NCBI RefSeq assembly: GCF_035084215.1
Contig: NC_090326.1
Coordinates: 73,532,001 to 73,596,000, forward strand
Reading direction: 5' to 3'
DNA: 64,000 bases
Source of the DNA: Heptranchias perlo
Lineage: Eukaryota
The notes beneath the pieces are model-generated. The model saw only the letters and a list, made by a program, of their open reading frames with translations, was not told the origin of the DNA and ran no database searches. Below are positions 48,215 through 61,399 of this stretch, piece after piece. The stretch's first letter is position 1, and each line of letters opens with the position of its first letter. The position numbers and the translations under genes were made by a program.

Positions 48215-48640
48215 GTCAGCCTTGGCTCAGAGGCAGCACATCTGAGTCAAAAGGTTATGGTTTCAAGCCCAGCTCCAGAGACTTGAGCACATAATCTAGG
48301 CTGACACCAAGTGCAGTACTGTCAATGGTGCCGTAGTTTGGGTGAGATGTTAAGCTGAGGCCCCGTCTACCCTCTCGCATGGATGTGAAAGATCCCATGG
48401 TACTTTTCGAAGAAGAGAAGGGGAGTTCTCCTGGTGCCCTGGAAACATTTATCCCTCAGCGAACATCACTAAAACAGATTATCTGGGCATTTATCTCATT
48501 GTTGTTTGTGGGACCTTGTGTGCAAATTGGCTGCCTCATTTCCATACATTATAACAGTGGCAACATTTCTAAAGTACTTCATTGGTGGTGAAGCGCTTTG
48601 GGACGTCCTGAGGTTGTGAAAGGCACAATATTTGTTCTTT
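48215..48640 (+). mobile_element. Near full-length tRNA-headed Deu SINE (SacSINE1-like)
   Basis: A box TGGCTCAG, B-box-like GTTTCAAGCCC, central conserved domain, L2-like tail. Confidence 0.8.
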
Positions 48641-48983
48641 ACCACTTACTATTCTTATCATGGAGAAATTGTCCTTTGTATATCTGAAAATAAACTTCCT
48701 AACTATTTAAATGCAGATGTAAAAGTTTGTAATGAGGCTTTCAATAGGATTATTTGAGCAGGGCTGTTAATTTGTTAGAAAAGATGACAATACACTTTTT
48801 CACGGCATCATTACGTTGTTCTTGTACAACTTTATAGTTAATTTATAAATCTTTGTAACATGTTGGATCTTGTTGACTTAGAAATAGCTTTCTACACAGT
48901 GAGATTACAAAGAAAGCCAACCACTACCCTTAAGGTTTAATCACTCTCAAATATTCTTACTATTCTGCTTTGATTCTCCATAG

Positions 48984-49118
48984 CTTCCATGCTACAAGAA
49001 CTTCAAAGGAACGATTCATGAACTGGGCCAAAACCAATATGTTGTTAGTGGTGAGATCTTGGTTTTGGATCGGAATACAATAGAAGTTACAGAACTTCCA
49101 GTTAGGACTTGGACACAG
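48984..49118 (+). CDS. TOP2B: TOP2B exon p (LPCYKNFKGTI...TELPVRTWTQ)
   Basis: ccatag| ... |gtaacg, 135 nt. Confidence 0.95.
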
Positions 49119-49831
49119 GTAACGCTTACAATTTTGAAGTAAGTTTTAATATGGCAGTAAGTCAGGTATTGATGAGGTCAGTAACCACTGTAGAATATGG
49201 ATACATCCATGCCCATTTTATTTCTCTAGAAACTATGGACAACTTCTCATCTCTGTGAAGGATTATACTCGAATGCATCTACAACATGTTGGGTGGGGGT
49301 GGGGGGGGGTAACCTGAGTAGGTTGTAGTGGCAGTTACACAACATATTGAGTTTTGTTAATTTAAAGATTACATTTTTCCATTCTTTTTTGTTTCCTTTC
49401 TTTATACATCCCTGTTCAATTAAGCTTTGTGCCTGAACAGAGTCCTGGACAACGCTTAGTCAAGAAAACCCCAAGTTTGAATTAGGACCTATTAACAATT
49501 ATTGCTCTTCAGGGAATGTTTCAACATAACTATAGTCCCTTACTCATTGTACTGGGATAAGAATTTTAAGACAGACGTTTCTTACTAAAATGCATTGCCA
49601 GCTATGGGGGGATATCAGTAAGTGCTTCTGTATTTAAAAACTGTAAAAAGAGATGAATTAAAATCGGCTTGTGTTTCTGAAGGAAGAATGAGGTGTCACT
49701 TTTAGTTAAAGACATTTTCTTTTACGATTTCTCAATACTTTCTTGGGAGCTTGTTTTTTTTAAATATTTTTCCTTGTGTATGCTGATAAATACTTATGCT
49801 GGATTGAATAAAGGTTTTTTTTCCCCTACAG

Positions 49832-50032
49832 GTATACAAAGAGCAAGTTCTCGAGCCTATGCTCAATGGGACAGAAAAGACGGCAGCTTTGATAAATGAC
49901 TACAAAGAGTATCATACGGACACGACAGTCAAATTTGTGGTGAAGATGTCAGAGGAGAAACTTGCACAAGCAGAAGCTGCTGGCTTGCACAAGGTGTTCA
50001 AACTACAAACAACTCTCACTTGCAACTCTATG
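49832..50032 (+). CDS. TOP2B: TOP2B exon q (VYKEQVLEPMLNG...LTCNSM)
   Basis: ctacag| ... |gtagtg, 201 nt. Confidence 0.95.
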
Positions 50033-50132
50033 GTAGTGTCCTTTTTAAATATATATATTTATATGTAAAATTATTAAATGCTGGATGTATTTATAAAATG
50101 TTCAAACAGCAATAACATTATGATAATTGCAG

Positions 50133-50328
50133 GTACTATTTGATCACATGGGTTGCTTGAAGAAGTATGAAACTGTACAAGACATCTTGAAGGAATTCTT
50201 TGATCTGCGTTTACATTATTACAGTCTGAGGAAAGAGTGGTTGTCAGGAGTGCTGGGAGCAGAGTCTGCAAAACTAAACAACCAAGCTCGGTTCATTCTA
50301 GAGAAAATACAGGGAAAGATTACAATTG
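50133..50328 (+). CDS. TOP2B: TOP2B exon r (VLFDHMGCLKKY...EKIQGKITI)
   Basis: ttgcag| ... |gtaagg, 196 nt. Confidence 0.95.
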
Positions 50329-50916
50329 GTAAGGATAGATAAGATTAAAGTACAACACAAAAATTCCCATAATAAAACTTAAAGTAATTAAATGTTGTGC
50401 TGCATTAGATGCTGTTGATCAATTGTTTGCAAGTTAAATAATACTGAATAAATTATCTGAACGAAATTCCAATCCATGCTATCTCAGTCAGGAGAAGCCC
50501 CATGGATACTTGCTCTCGTTTTTGCATGAAACTCCTAATGAGTCAGCTAAAGCAGTGAAGGAAGGGACACTTCCTATTTTCCTTCCCTTTCTTCTCCCTT
50601 CTTAGCTCCCTTCCCCCCCCCCCTCCCCCCGCCCCCCTGCTGGTCAGATGCAGATGGACCTGAAAATCTTATACTGTTAAAAGGCTAAATGCAAGTTAAA
50701 ACTAGGATTCTAACTCAGGCCTTCTAGTTAAGAGCCCAGCATTGCAGCTACTAGATGTATCATTGTCAAATTTTCATTGTGATTGTCAATTCTCAAACAA
50801 TTGTAACTTGCTAGATTGTTGTTCAACCCTGTTAGCTCCAAAAGTGTTACACATTCCCATTCGCAAACTAGTGTTTTAAACAGTTCTGGCAAAAATGTAA
50901 AAGGAATAATTTAGGA

Positions 50917-51770
50917 CAGAGGTTCACAAACTGGGTGAGGGAGGCGGGTGTGACACCGGCTGTAATGCACTAACAGGTAATGTCTGCAATATGTATTTTC
51001 TCCATTGGTGGCACTGTAGGACTTCCCTCAGCCCCCTTGGGCTGATTCCCAGCTCAGCTGCTCCAAAATGCTGGCATCCTCTGTAAACAGTTCCAGCTTA
51101 CAGGTATTTTCAATATGTCTCAGCATAAATATGTATCATGCAGTTAAAAGAAAAGTTGCATGCCTTCTGGTTGGTATCTCTGTGCAGCGCAAATTTCTTT
51201 TTGGACGTGCTCCCCAGCCTTGGGGTCCCCAGTGCCACAAAGAAATAAATTGCAGCAAGTTGCTGGTCACACCCCCCCCCCCAACCCCCTCCATGACTTT
51301 ACTGAAATCTGCTAAAAGGTTCATTGCCCCATGTTCTGCAGCTCTGTGAAACATACTTTTTTTTGATGGGTGGAGGACTGATCATCCTGCACCCACCTTG
51401 CATCCTCCACAGAAAAGAGAGGAGAGGCCCGCAGTTTTCCTTTCAGTGAAGTTGCTTACACTGTCATAGTAGCTGGAAATACCTCCAATCTGCTCCCGCT
51501 TCACTGGTGTTATTTCTAAGTAACGCTAGCAAAGTGGGAGCGTATCCCAGGAATTTCCTGTCCAGTGATTTCTAATGATTTGTTTGGATTTCATTATTAA
51601 AACCCAAATGTGTAAGGGAGAAGAATTAAAACAGATGAAGTGACAAAACTGCTGAAGTTTGGGTTACCAGCTATATCTACACTAATAATTTTGAAAAGAT
51701 ATTGTTTCTTGGAGCATTGGACATGAATCTCAAAAGGGGGGCTCAGCAAAAAAAAGTTTGGGAACCTCTG
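50917..51770. mobile_element. hAT (Charlie-like) non-autonomous element containing a nested GC-rich insert
   Basis: TIR CAGAGGTTCACAAACT / AGTTTGGGAACCTCTG (15/16); 8-bp flanks ATTTAGGA / ATCCAGGA (6/8 TSD). Confidence 0.72.
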
Positions 51771-52401
51771 ATCCAGGATATCCTTCTTCGGTACACTTAT
51801 TAAAGATTGCTTTAATGCTAAGATTAGTCACATATTAAAATATTAAATTCTGTTCACATTTTGTATGTTCTAATCTGAGCTATCATTTTCTCATTCACCT
51901 ACTTTGGGGAAAATAGCATTGTATAATGCTGCTTCAGTATTGAGCATACTTCTTTCCCCTCTTAAGTCCTAGATGTTGCTGCTTATATTCTCCACGTGTC
52001 CTGTAATATTGAAAATATATGGAGAATGATACCCCATTAATCTGTTTCAAACTGAAAGATGTAGGAAAAAAAATCAACTCAGCTGTCAGAAAACTAAATT
52101 GCTGCTTATAATTGTGTAAGGTTATAAAATGGGAATATTTTGGTAGCTGTATGACAAAAGGCTATTCTGGAATATTCCTTTAATGTTCACAATTAAAGAT
52201 TTGCTTTTTTTGTTGGAGACAAATGCTAACATTTTGTCTCCAAAACGAAGTATGTTCTTGCATTACAATATTACTTGTAGCTGATGTTTTGTCTTCTTTA
52301 CGGCAGACAGAAGAAAATTTAGATTATGGGCAAAATTATTTGTGATTCATGCATAATTTTTTTTTTGAAATATAAAACTTTTAAAAATAATTTCTCTTTA
52401 G

Positions 52402-52493
52402 AGAATAAATCGAAGAAGGACCTTTATCAAATGCTCATCCAGCGGGGCTATGAATCTGATCCAGTCAAAGCCTGGAAAGAAGCACAAGAGAAG
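52402..52493 (+). CDS. TOP2B: TOP2B exon s (ENKSKKDL...SDPVKAWKEAQEK)
   Basis: ctttag| ... |gtaaaa, 92 nt. Confidence 0.94.
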
Positions 52494-53209
52494 GTAAAAT
52501 ATTGCTTTCCCAATCAGTCTCAAAAATATGCCAACCATTAATTTAAATCTAATGTAAATCATTAATTTGCATGTTTAAAATTATATTTTGAACAAATTTT
52601 ATTGTTAAAAATAGAACTAGTTGATGGAATTTCTATAGTGTGAGTAGGTTCATGGCTGTGATTCCCCACATGGGAGTTCCCAATCACAGTTGTTGCACAG
52701 TGAGATACTTCGAAGCACCGGTCATCCAGAAAACTCAAGCATTTTGTAGCGGCCAAATTTTCAGTGGCGTTGGCATCCCAACGTTGTGCAGACGAAAATC
52801 AAATAAATTGGTGGCAAAAAAAAGTGATGTATCTTAACCATTTAAGATAATTGCTCTTTTATTGGCATGCTGAATTTTTAGATACACGTATGGCCTCAAA
52901 GTGATTGACAGAAGGTAAATGGTAATTGGGAAAATTACAATGTATTTCTCAAATGATACTGATATGAATACGGATTAGTTGAGAGCCTAAATGTTTTGGG
53001 CAGTGCATTTCATTTTGACTAACACCTGCAGGCGTGTCCAACTTTAACTGGTGAAAAGTCAACATGGTGTTGGTAGATGGAATGATTCAACTTTCAAAAA
53101 AATATAATGGGCACTTTCATTAAGATATTAGATAAATTTTATTAGTAATGAAGGACTTAGCACATTGGGTTAAGACTGGTCGTTGTGGGATAACAGTAGT
53201 AGAGAAAGC

Positions 53210-56200
53210 GTAGATTCAGAAGGGAGAGAAGCAGAGCTGGAAATGGAAGATAAAAAAATTAGTAAGCGAGTTTGGAAGGCAGAGGAAACAAAGGTTAGAA
53301 ACTAGATGGCAAAGAGTTCGGCAGTGCTTAATGGTATATACTTCAATGCAAGGAGTCTAGTGAATAAGGCAGATGAGCTGAGGGCACAGATAGACATGTG
53401 GAAATATGATATCTTAGCTATTACTGAAACATGGCTTAAAGAGGGGCAGGAATGGCAGAAACGTTCCTGGTTGCAGGGTTTTCAGACGAGATAGAGAAGA
53501 GGATAAAAAAGGAGGGAGGTGGCGATATTGGTTAAAGAAACAATTACAGCTGTGAGGAGGGATGATATGTTAGAAGGATCATCAAATTAGGCCATATGGG
53601 TTGAGCTAACAAACAAAAAAGGGGCAATCACACTGCTAGGAGTGTACTATAGACCCCCAAACAGTCAGAAGGAGATAGAGGAGCAAATATGTAGGAAAAT
53701 TTCTGAGAAGTGCAATAACAATAGGGCGGTAATAGTAGAGGATTTCAACTACCCTAATATTAACTGAGATACAATCAGTGTAAAATGTATAGAAGGTGCA
53801 GAATTTTTAAATTGCATTCAGGAGAACTTTTTTAACCAGTACGTAGCAAGCCCAACAAGAGAAGGGGCAGTTCTGGACTTAGTTTTAGGTAATGAAGCTG
53901 GGTAGGTGGAAGGAGTATCAGTGCGAGAGCATTTTGCTGGTAGTGATCATAATTCAGTCAGTTTTAGCATTGTTATGGAAAAGGACATAGAACAGGAGTA
54001 AAGGTTCTCAATTGGGGAAAGGCCAATTTTACAAAGCTGAGAAGTGATTTAGCAAAAGTGGACTGGAAACAGCTACTTGAAGGTAAATTAGTGTCAGAGC
54101 AGTGGGCGGCATTCAAAGGAGAGATAGTGAGGGTTCATAATAAACATGTTCCCACAAAGAAAAAGGGTGGGACTGCCAAATCAAGAGCCCCCGGATGACG
54201 AGCATACAGGATAAGATACAGCAAAAAAGGGAAGCTTATGTCAGATACAGAGAGTTCAATACTGCGGAAAGCCGAGAGGAGTATAGAAAGTGCAGGGTGA
54301 AATTATAAAGGAAATTAGGAAAGCAAAGAGAGGCCATGAAAAAATACTGGCAAGAAAAATCAAGGAAAACCCAAAGATGTTTTATAAATACATAAAGAGC
54401 GAGAGAATAACTAAGGAAAGAGTAGGGCCTATTAGAAACCAAAAAGGTAACCTATGTGTAGAGGCGGAAGTGGTGGGTATGGTTCTTAATGAATACTTTG
54501 TACTTTGTGTCTGTCTTCACAAAAGAGATTATAGTTGAGGAGGAGTGTGAAATATTGGATGGGATAAACATAGTGAGAGAGGAAGTATTAAAGGGTTTAG
54601 CATCTTTGAAAGTAGGTAAATTGCCAGGCCCGGATGAAATGTATCTCAGGCTGTTAAGAGAAGCAAGAGAGGAAATAGCGGAGGCTCTGACCATCATTTT
54701 CCAATCCTCCCTGGCTACAGGCTTGGTGCCGGAGAATTGGAGGACTGCTAACGTTGTACCGTTGTTTAAAATGGGAGAAAGGGATAGACCGAGTAATTAT
54801 AGGCCAGTCAGTCTAACCTCGGTGATGGGCAAATTATTGGAAACAATTCTGAGACGTAGTATAAATCGTCATTTAGAAAGGCATGGGTTAATCGAGGACA
54901 GTCAGCATGGATTTGTTAAGGGAAGGTCGTGTCTGACTAACCTGATTTAATTTTTTGAGGCGGTAACAAGGAGGGTCGATGAGGGTAGCGCGTTTGATGT
55001 AGTCTACATGAAATTTAGCAAGGCTTTTGACAAGGTCCCACGTGGTAGACTGATCAAAAAAGTAAAAGCCCATAGGATCCAAGGGAAAGTGGTAAATTGG
55101 ATCCAAAATTGGCTCAGTGGCAGGAAGCAAAGGGTAATGGTCGACGGGTACTTCTATGACTGAAAGGCTGTTTCCAGTGGGGTTCCTCAGGGCTCGGTTC
55201 TAGGTCCCTTGCTTTTTGTGGTATATATTAATGATTTGGACTTGAATGTAGGGGGCATGATGAAGAAGTTTGCAGATGATACAAAAATTGGCCGCGCGGT
55301 TGATAGTGAAGAGGAAAGCTGTAGACTGCAGGAAGATATCAACGGACTGGTCAGGTGGGTAGAAAAGTGGCAAATGGAATTCAATTCAGAGCAATGTGAG
55401 GTGATGCATTTGGGGAGGGCAAAGAAGGCAAGGGAATACACAATAAATGGGAGGATACTGAGAGGTGTAGAGGAAGTGAGGGACCTTGGAGTGCATGTCC
55501 ACAGATCCCTGAAGGTAGCAGGACAGTTAGTTAAGGTGGTTAAGAAGGCATACGAGATACTTTCCTTTATTAGCCGAGGCATAGAATATAAGGTCAGGGA
55601 TGTTATGCTAGAACTGTATAAAACACTAGTTAGGCCACAGCTTGAGTACTGCATACAGATCTGGTCACCACATTACAGGAAAGATGTGATTGCACTAGAG
55701 AGGGTACAGAGGAGATTTACGAGGATGTTGCCAGGACTGGAGAATTTTAGCTATGAGAAAAGATTGGATAGGCTGGGGTTGTTTTCTTTGGAGAGGGAGA
55801 TTTAATTGAGGTGTACAAAATTAGGAGGGGCCTAGACAGAGTGGAAAGGGAGGACCTATTTCCCTTAGCAGAGGGGTCAGTGATCCCCAGGGAGCATAGA
55901 TTTAAAGTAATTGGTAGAAGGATTAGAGGGGAGCTGGTTGTTCTTCGAGCCGGCGCGGACACGATGGGCTGAATGGCGCCCTTCTGTTCTGTGTCTTTTC
56001 TATGGGAGCTGAGGAGAAATTTTTTCACCCAGAGGATGGTGGGTGTCTGGAACTCACTGCCTGAAAGGGTGGTAGAGGCAGAAACCCTCAACTCATTTAA
56101 AAAGTACTTGGATGTGCACTTGAAGTGCTGTAATCTACAGGGCTACGGACCAAGTGCTGGAAAGTGGGATTAAGCTGGATAGCTCTTTTTTGACCAACAT

Positions 56201-56253
56201 GGACACGATGGGCCGTATGGCCTCCTTCTGTGCCGTAACTTTCTATGATTCTA
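53210..56253 (+). mobile_element. CR1 LINE ORF2 with 3' tail, disrupted
   Basis: YFNARS, ITETWL, FADD, TRMLPG; tail ttctatgattcta; possible TSD AAAGC (53205-53209 / 56254-56258). Confidence 0.92.
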
Positions 56254-57440
56254 AAAGCTTTTTGTCCTCCTTTTCCCTTCCCTTCTCCTCTCCCACCCCC
56301 CCTCCCCCTGAACCCAGAGACTGGTTTCCTGGTCTTGGCTATGTCACTTTGTAAGCACTGAACAGAATCAGACACTTTACTTGAGAAAGAATCAGAAGGA
56401 ACGGGTGGAAATTTTGTATTAGAGCTGCTCTAGTGCACCTCTTAGCAGCTGGTTATGGCAGAGGCATGGAAAATTATCATCTGCCCACCCTATCAGCCAC
56501 CAATGATTTGTAGTCCATGAAAGAAATAGAAGGCAATCAACCACAATTAAAATTTCTGTTTGGCCTCTTGAATTGTGTTTCAAATCCAATCTCAATGCCA
56601 ACTATAAAAGTGCTACATGAAGAGAGCTTGGCCCATCTCAATTCGCTGAGTCACAAGTACACAGTACAAAACTGTCCCCAATTAATTGACACTCTTATGA
56701 TGTATTTATATTAGAGAACTATTTTGGAAATTGGTTCTGCAATACCAGCTCTGGTCCTGGCGCTATAAAGAAATAATCTGGTGCGAATTCCACAGTAGCC
56801 AGATCAGCATAAAACAACATGAGGTTCATGACTGTAACCAGCCAAAGTACAGCTATCTAATGGATGAGGATGGTCCATGCAGGCCAGTGTTACATTTTTG
56901 GATATTCCCTTCTTGCTCTAGATTTTTCTGTAACTATATTTTAGATCACTCATAGGTGAGTCCCAACTCCCTGTGCTTTCGAGGACATCTTCACTAGTCT
57001 TAATATCTAGGTAAGCTTTTGGTAACAGGCAAAATATAATGAACAGAGCTTTCGTGTAATTATTTTAGCCTCTGGAATTAAACCATATCTCCACAGGATT
57101 TCTCTCCAGTCTTCAATGCGCAGTAGAGGATCACAACATCAGATTTTGTTTTAGGCTTAGACTGTTAAGTGAATTTATTCATCAAAAGATGAGCACACAA
57201 ATAACTAATAGTAATATATGTATATTTACAATAGAAGTCTTTCTATCTACTCCTACAAAAAGAAAAGAAAATGTCTTTTATAGATAACTCTTATACATGC
57301 AATGTTTCGTTTGTATTTCTTACCACTACAGGAGCTGAGCTATATGCCTTGGAAGTTTTAAACTTTTGTCTGATTCAAACAGCTCCCAAAATATCCCTAA
57401 AAAGGGTAATGGGACTTCCTAGATTTGAGTAACTGGCTTT

Positions 57441-58380
57441 TACAATAACAAGTTGCATTTGTATAATGCCTTTAACATAATAAAACATCCCAAACAAAAT
57501 TTGACACCGAGCCACATGAGATTTTAGGACAGGTGACCAAAAGCTTGGTCAGAGAGGTAGGTTTTAAGGAACGTTTTAAAGGAGGAGAGAGATGTAGAGA
57601 AGCGAAGAGGTTTGGGGAGGGAATTCCAGAGCTTAGAGACTAGGTAGCTGAAGGCACGGCTGCCAATGGTGGAGCGATTAAAATCGGAGTTTCACAAGAG
57701 GCAAGAATTGGAGGAACGCAAAGATCTCGTAGGACTGGAGGAGGTTACAGAGATAGGGAGGGGCAAGGCCATGGAGGGATTTGAAAACAAGGATGAGAAT
57801 TGTAAAATTGAGGCGTTCCCTGTCTTGGAGTCGATGTAGGTCAGCAAGCGCAGGGGTGATGGGTGAACAGGACTTGGTGCGAGTTAGGATACGGGCAGCA
57901 GAGTTTTGGATGAGCTTAAGTTTATGGAGGGTGGAAGATGGGAGGCCAACCAGCCAGCAGAGCATTGGAATAGTCAAGTCTAGAGGTAACAAAGGCATGG
58001 ATGAGGGTTTCAGCAGCAGATGAGCTGAGGCAGGGGCGGAGATGGGGGATGTTATGGAGGTGGAATTAGGCAGTCTTGGTGATAGAGTGGATATGTGGTC
58101 GGAAGCTCACCTGAGGGTCAAATAGGATGCCAAGGTTGCGAACGATCTGGTTTCAGCCTCAGATAGTGGACAAGGAAAGGGATGGAGTCGGTGGCTAGGG
58201 AATAGAGTTTGTGGCGGGGACCAAAGACAATGACTTCGGTCTTCCCAATATTTAGTTGGAGGAAATTTTTGCTCATCCAGTACTGGATGTCAGGCAAGCA
58301 ATGTGACAAATGAGACACAGTGGGGGGGTCGGGACAGGTGCTGGTGAGGTAGAGCTGGGTGTCGTCAGCGTACATGTGGT
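57441..58380 (-). mobile_element. L2 LINE 3' portion
   Basis: HMYADDTQLY, LQLNIGKTE, IQNSAARILTRT, GLAPPYL. Confidence 0.9.
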
Positions 58381-58727
58381 AGTGATACACCTAACTGAAT
58401 AAAATAGTCCGTGTTCGTTCAAAAGTTGCTTGGTTCCTCCCTCAAGCTTTACAAATATCTGACAAAGCTTGCAACATTTGTATAGAGTTAAGCTAGGGTT
58501 AAGATTCTGACAGGAGCCATTTTTTAAAACTCCTTGTGACCAGTGACTGAATTAGAGAAATCTCCATAAAGCTAACACAAGACAGATGTGCTTCAGTTTT
58601 GTCACAACTATAAGTGCAAAACTGCTTTACCTGCCTGTGGCATAAGGTCCTACCACAGTAGTCTTTTCATTTATATATTTGTATGAGACCCTAAATATTT
58701 AGTGTGTTTTTAAAACAAAAATGTGTT

Positions 58728-59487
58728 GGACCAGAAACAGCTGTCAAAATAACGATGAGGCTAATGGTGCTCGCCATTATTTGTGTGTAAATGGTACAGC
58801 AACTTCAGGCGAGGGGCAAATGCACGGTTAAATGCCAATATCCAAAAGTTGCTGTCTGAGTTGCGCCGCTCTGCTGTTAGCTACGAGAAAATGGTATTTC
58901 GCTGTCTGCCTCACCATTGACATGCAGTGAATATCGTGAAGTTGCTGTATTTGCACAGTAGATACAAATTAAACCTGCCGCCGATATTTAGGGCTAGTAA
59001 TTAGAAGAGTAAGTACACTTTTAATGACATGATGGTTAATTACTGCCAATCAACCTCTCTGGCACTATTACAAGTGTGGAGTCTCATTCCTTCAGGGTTT
59101 TAATTTTTCGGGGGAGATTTTAAAAAGGTCAGATTTAAAAAAAATTTTTCTTATTTTTCCTGTCTCTTATTTTCTCGCTCTCTTGATCCAATCTTTCTTT
59201 GCCTCTCTTTATTTCTCTGTCTGTACATGATTTGATATTGAATTCACCCTCCTTCTCAGTCCTTCCGCTGTTTATTTCCCAATCCTTAAATCTCATTGAT
59301 TAAAGAAATACCCTCTTGGTTGCCCTGTTTACTCAGGTCCCAGATGTCCTATTTCCCTTGCTGCATCGTTACCAGCCTGCACTTTCAGTGACTTGGTGGG
59401 CAAAAATGTTTTGAGCTGAAGGGTATAGCGACAAGTCTAACTCATGGCAGACGCCGTTAGATGCCCTGCTACTGCAAAATCTGGCCC
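58728..59487. mobile_element. Harbinger-type non-autonomous element, copy 1
   Basis: Right end TGCAAAATCTGGCCC, left end GGACCAGA (degenerate TIR); inverted second copy at 63583. Confidence 0.65.
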
Positions 59488-59756
59488 AAAATCTTCCTGA
59501 CTTTGGGGTCCAACACATGATTGTTGTTCATGAGGATTGGAATCGGAATATGTTGTTTCGTTGTTTGACCTTGGTTCTCTGGCACCATATGCATTTGCAT
59601 TGATTGTAATGAGTGAAAGTTGGAGGAATTTTGGATTCCATAGCAAAGTTAATATTTTGATTAATGTCATGATTCCATGATCCTGTATCAAGTTCTACTT
59701 TAAAATGAATCTGGGTATTCTTCCTCACCACCTGCATGCATCTTTTTCGTTTGCAG

Positions 59757-59909
59757 TCAGCAGAAGAGGATTTGTTGGAACTAGATGATGGCACTTCAAG
59801 TGTTTCAGGCACTGGATCTGGGCCAGACTTCAACTACATCTTGAACATGCCTCTTTGGTGCCTTACAAAGGAGAAAGTAGATGAACTACTGAAACACAGG
59901 GATTCAAAA
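59757..59909 (+). CDS. TOP2B: TOP2B exon t (SAEEDLLE...GPDFNYILNMPLWCLTKEK...RDSK)
   Basis: ttgcag| ... |gtaatg, 153 nt, phase 0/0. Confidence 0.93.
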
Positions 59910-59992
59910 GTAATGCACTGACTTCAATTATTTTCATACTTACAGGCCTGTGACTCTGAATACTGTGCCAAACTATTTTTTATATGTTGTAG

Positions 59993-60076
59993 GAAAAGGA
60001 GCTTGAAGATCTGAAGAGAAAGAGTGGTCCTGAACTGTGGAAAGATGACCTTGCTGCCTTTATTGAAGAGCTTGAT
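59993..60076 (+). CDS. TOP2B: TOP2B exon u (EKELEDLKRKSGPELWKDDLAAFIEELD)
   Basis: ttgtag| ... |gtaagt, 84 nt, phase 0/0. Confidence 0.94.
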
Positions 60077-61198
60077 GTAAGTTTAACAAAAGCAGGCCAA
60101 CCTATGTGCATTCCTTATTTTAATGAGGTTTAAACAAGACCAAATGGCGCTTCCATTTTTTTTTTAAATGAATTCTTCCATTTACATGTGCTAAAATTAT
60201 TTGTTGTCCCAGTGTTTATTTTTTTTAAGATGCATCTATGACAATTGAGAGTGTGCTAATATTACAAAAATTACCTCCTGACACTAACCGGAAGTAACAA
60301 GTGATATTTAACACACTACCTTGCCACTCCTTTTAAATTCAAAATGATAGACTCTGTTGAAGAAACTTTGGGTCAAAGAGCATTTGAAAGACAGAAAGGT
60401 AATGAAGAAAAAACCTAAAGCAAGAATCTGGAATTGAGCATTGTTGTGAATTTGAAAGCGTGGCTCTATAATGAAGTAGTGGCAATGTAACAGCTGATTA
60501 CTACTGTTGTGAGCTGTAATTCTGTTGAATTCAAAATGTAAAGCTGGTCATAGCTCAGGTATTCCAAATGATGTAGTACTTTTTTTTAAAATAGCAGATT
60601 TCATATGCCGTTGCTTACACTGAGCCCAAAGCTGTGCTGTTGCAAGGGGAGGGGGAGGTTTGCTGGGGTATGGAAATGAGGGCGGAGTGCACAACTGCAA
60701 GAAAAGAGATTTGAGAGAGATCTCCTCACAGATGGTTCCTGGAAAATAAATGTCATTTTCTTTATCAAAGTAGATGCATTTTATCTCATTCTGTACTTAC
60801 ATGAATAGACCTCTGCATATAATACATAGAAGCAGGTCTTTATTGTCTGCGAGAGGCTGACTGCCAAGCTGACACTTTCTCTGAGCAAAAACTAATATTG
60901 GGGGTTTGCCCTGAAAAGGAGTTCGTAGCTGTGTGGTAAGTGTCCTGCTGTAACCGAAGCTGTGCGTCTGTATAGGGAGCTTTAATGAAGCCTCAGTTCA
61001 GACCGGGGGAAACAAATGTTTTTAACAGGAGGATTAAAATGATCCAATGAGATTTGAATATAGTTGGTTTGCCGGTGAAATAATCAGCTGAATTCTGGAT
61101 GGCTTTTTAGCTTCAAATGCAGAGCAGTTTATTTGTTCCTTTTTAATGGTATGATTAGTCAATTGTTCAAACGGACCTATTTCTCTGTTTTAATGCAG

Positions 61199-61399
61199 CG
61201 TGTGGAAGCCCAAGAGAGAGAGGATGTTCTAGCAGGAGTTGTTAGCAAGGCGGTTAAGGGAAAGGTTGGTAAACCGAAAATGAAAAAGATGCAGCTTGAA
61301 GAGACTTTGCCCTCAGTCCATGGCAGGAGAATTGAACCAGTCATTACCTTTGCTATGAAGGCAGATGCTACAAAAAAGATGATCAAGAAGAAAGGAAAG
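61199..61399 (+). CDS. TOP2B: TOP2B exon v (RVEAQEREDVLAG...KKMIKKKGK), probable GC donor
   Basis: atgcag| acceptor; AAG|gcaagt donor; 201 nt; 3' boundary not confirmable because the next exon is outside the window. Confidence 0.85.

Larger units (their letters stand above)
10157..61399 (+). other. TOP2B: TOP2B (DNA topoisomerase II beta), partial gene: 22 internal coding exons; 5' and 3' exons lie outside the window
   Basis: Spliced exons give a continuous 1050-codon frame with type IIA topoisomerase motifs EGDSA, PLRGK, MTDQDQDGSHIKG, YYKGLGTS, YHHGE, SPRY. Beta-type wording: [39 protein letters not shown]. Confidence 0.96.

Noticed and set aside
52650-52692. Hairpin ctgtgatt...aatcacag as part of an H/ACA RNA
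   Set aside because: No convincing second hairpin or correctly placed H and ACA boxes.
10157-61399. TOP2A assignment
   Set aside because: Diagnostic stretches ([47 protein letters not shown]) match the beta paralogue.
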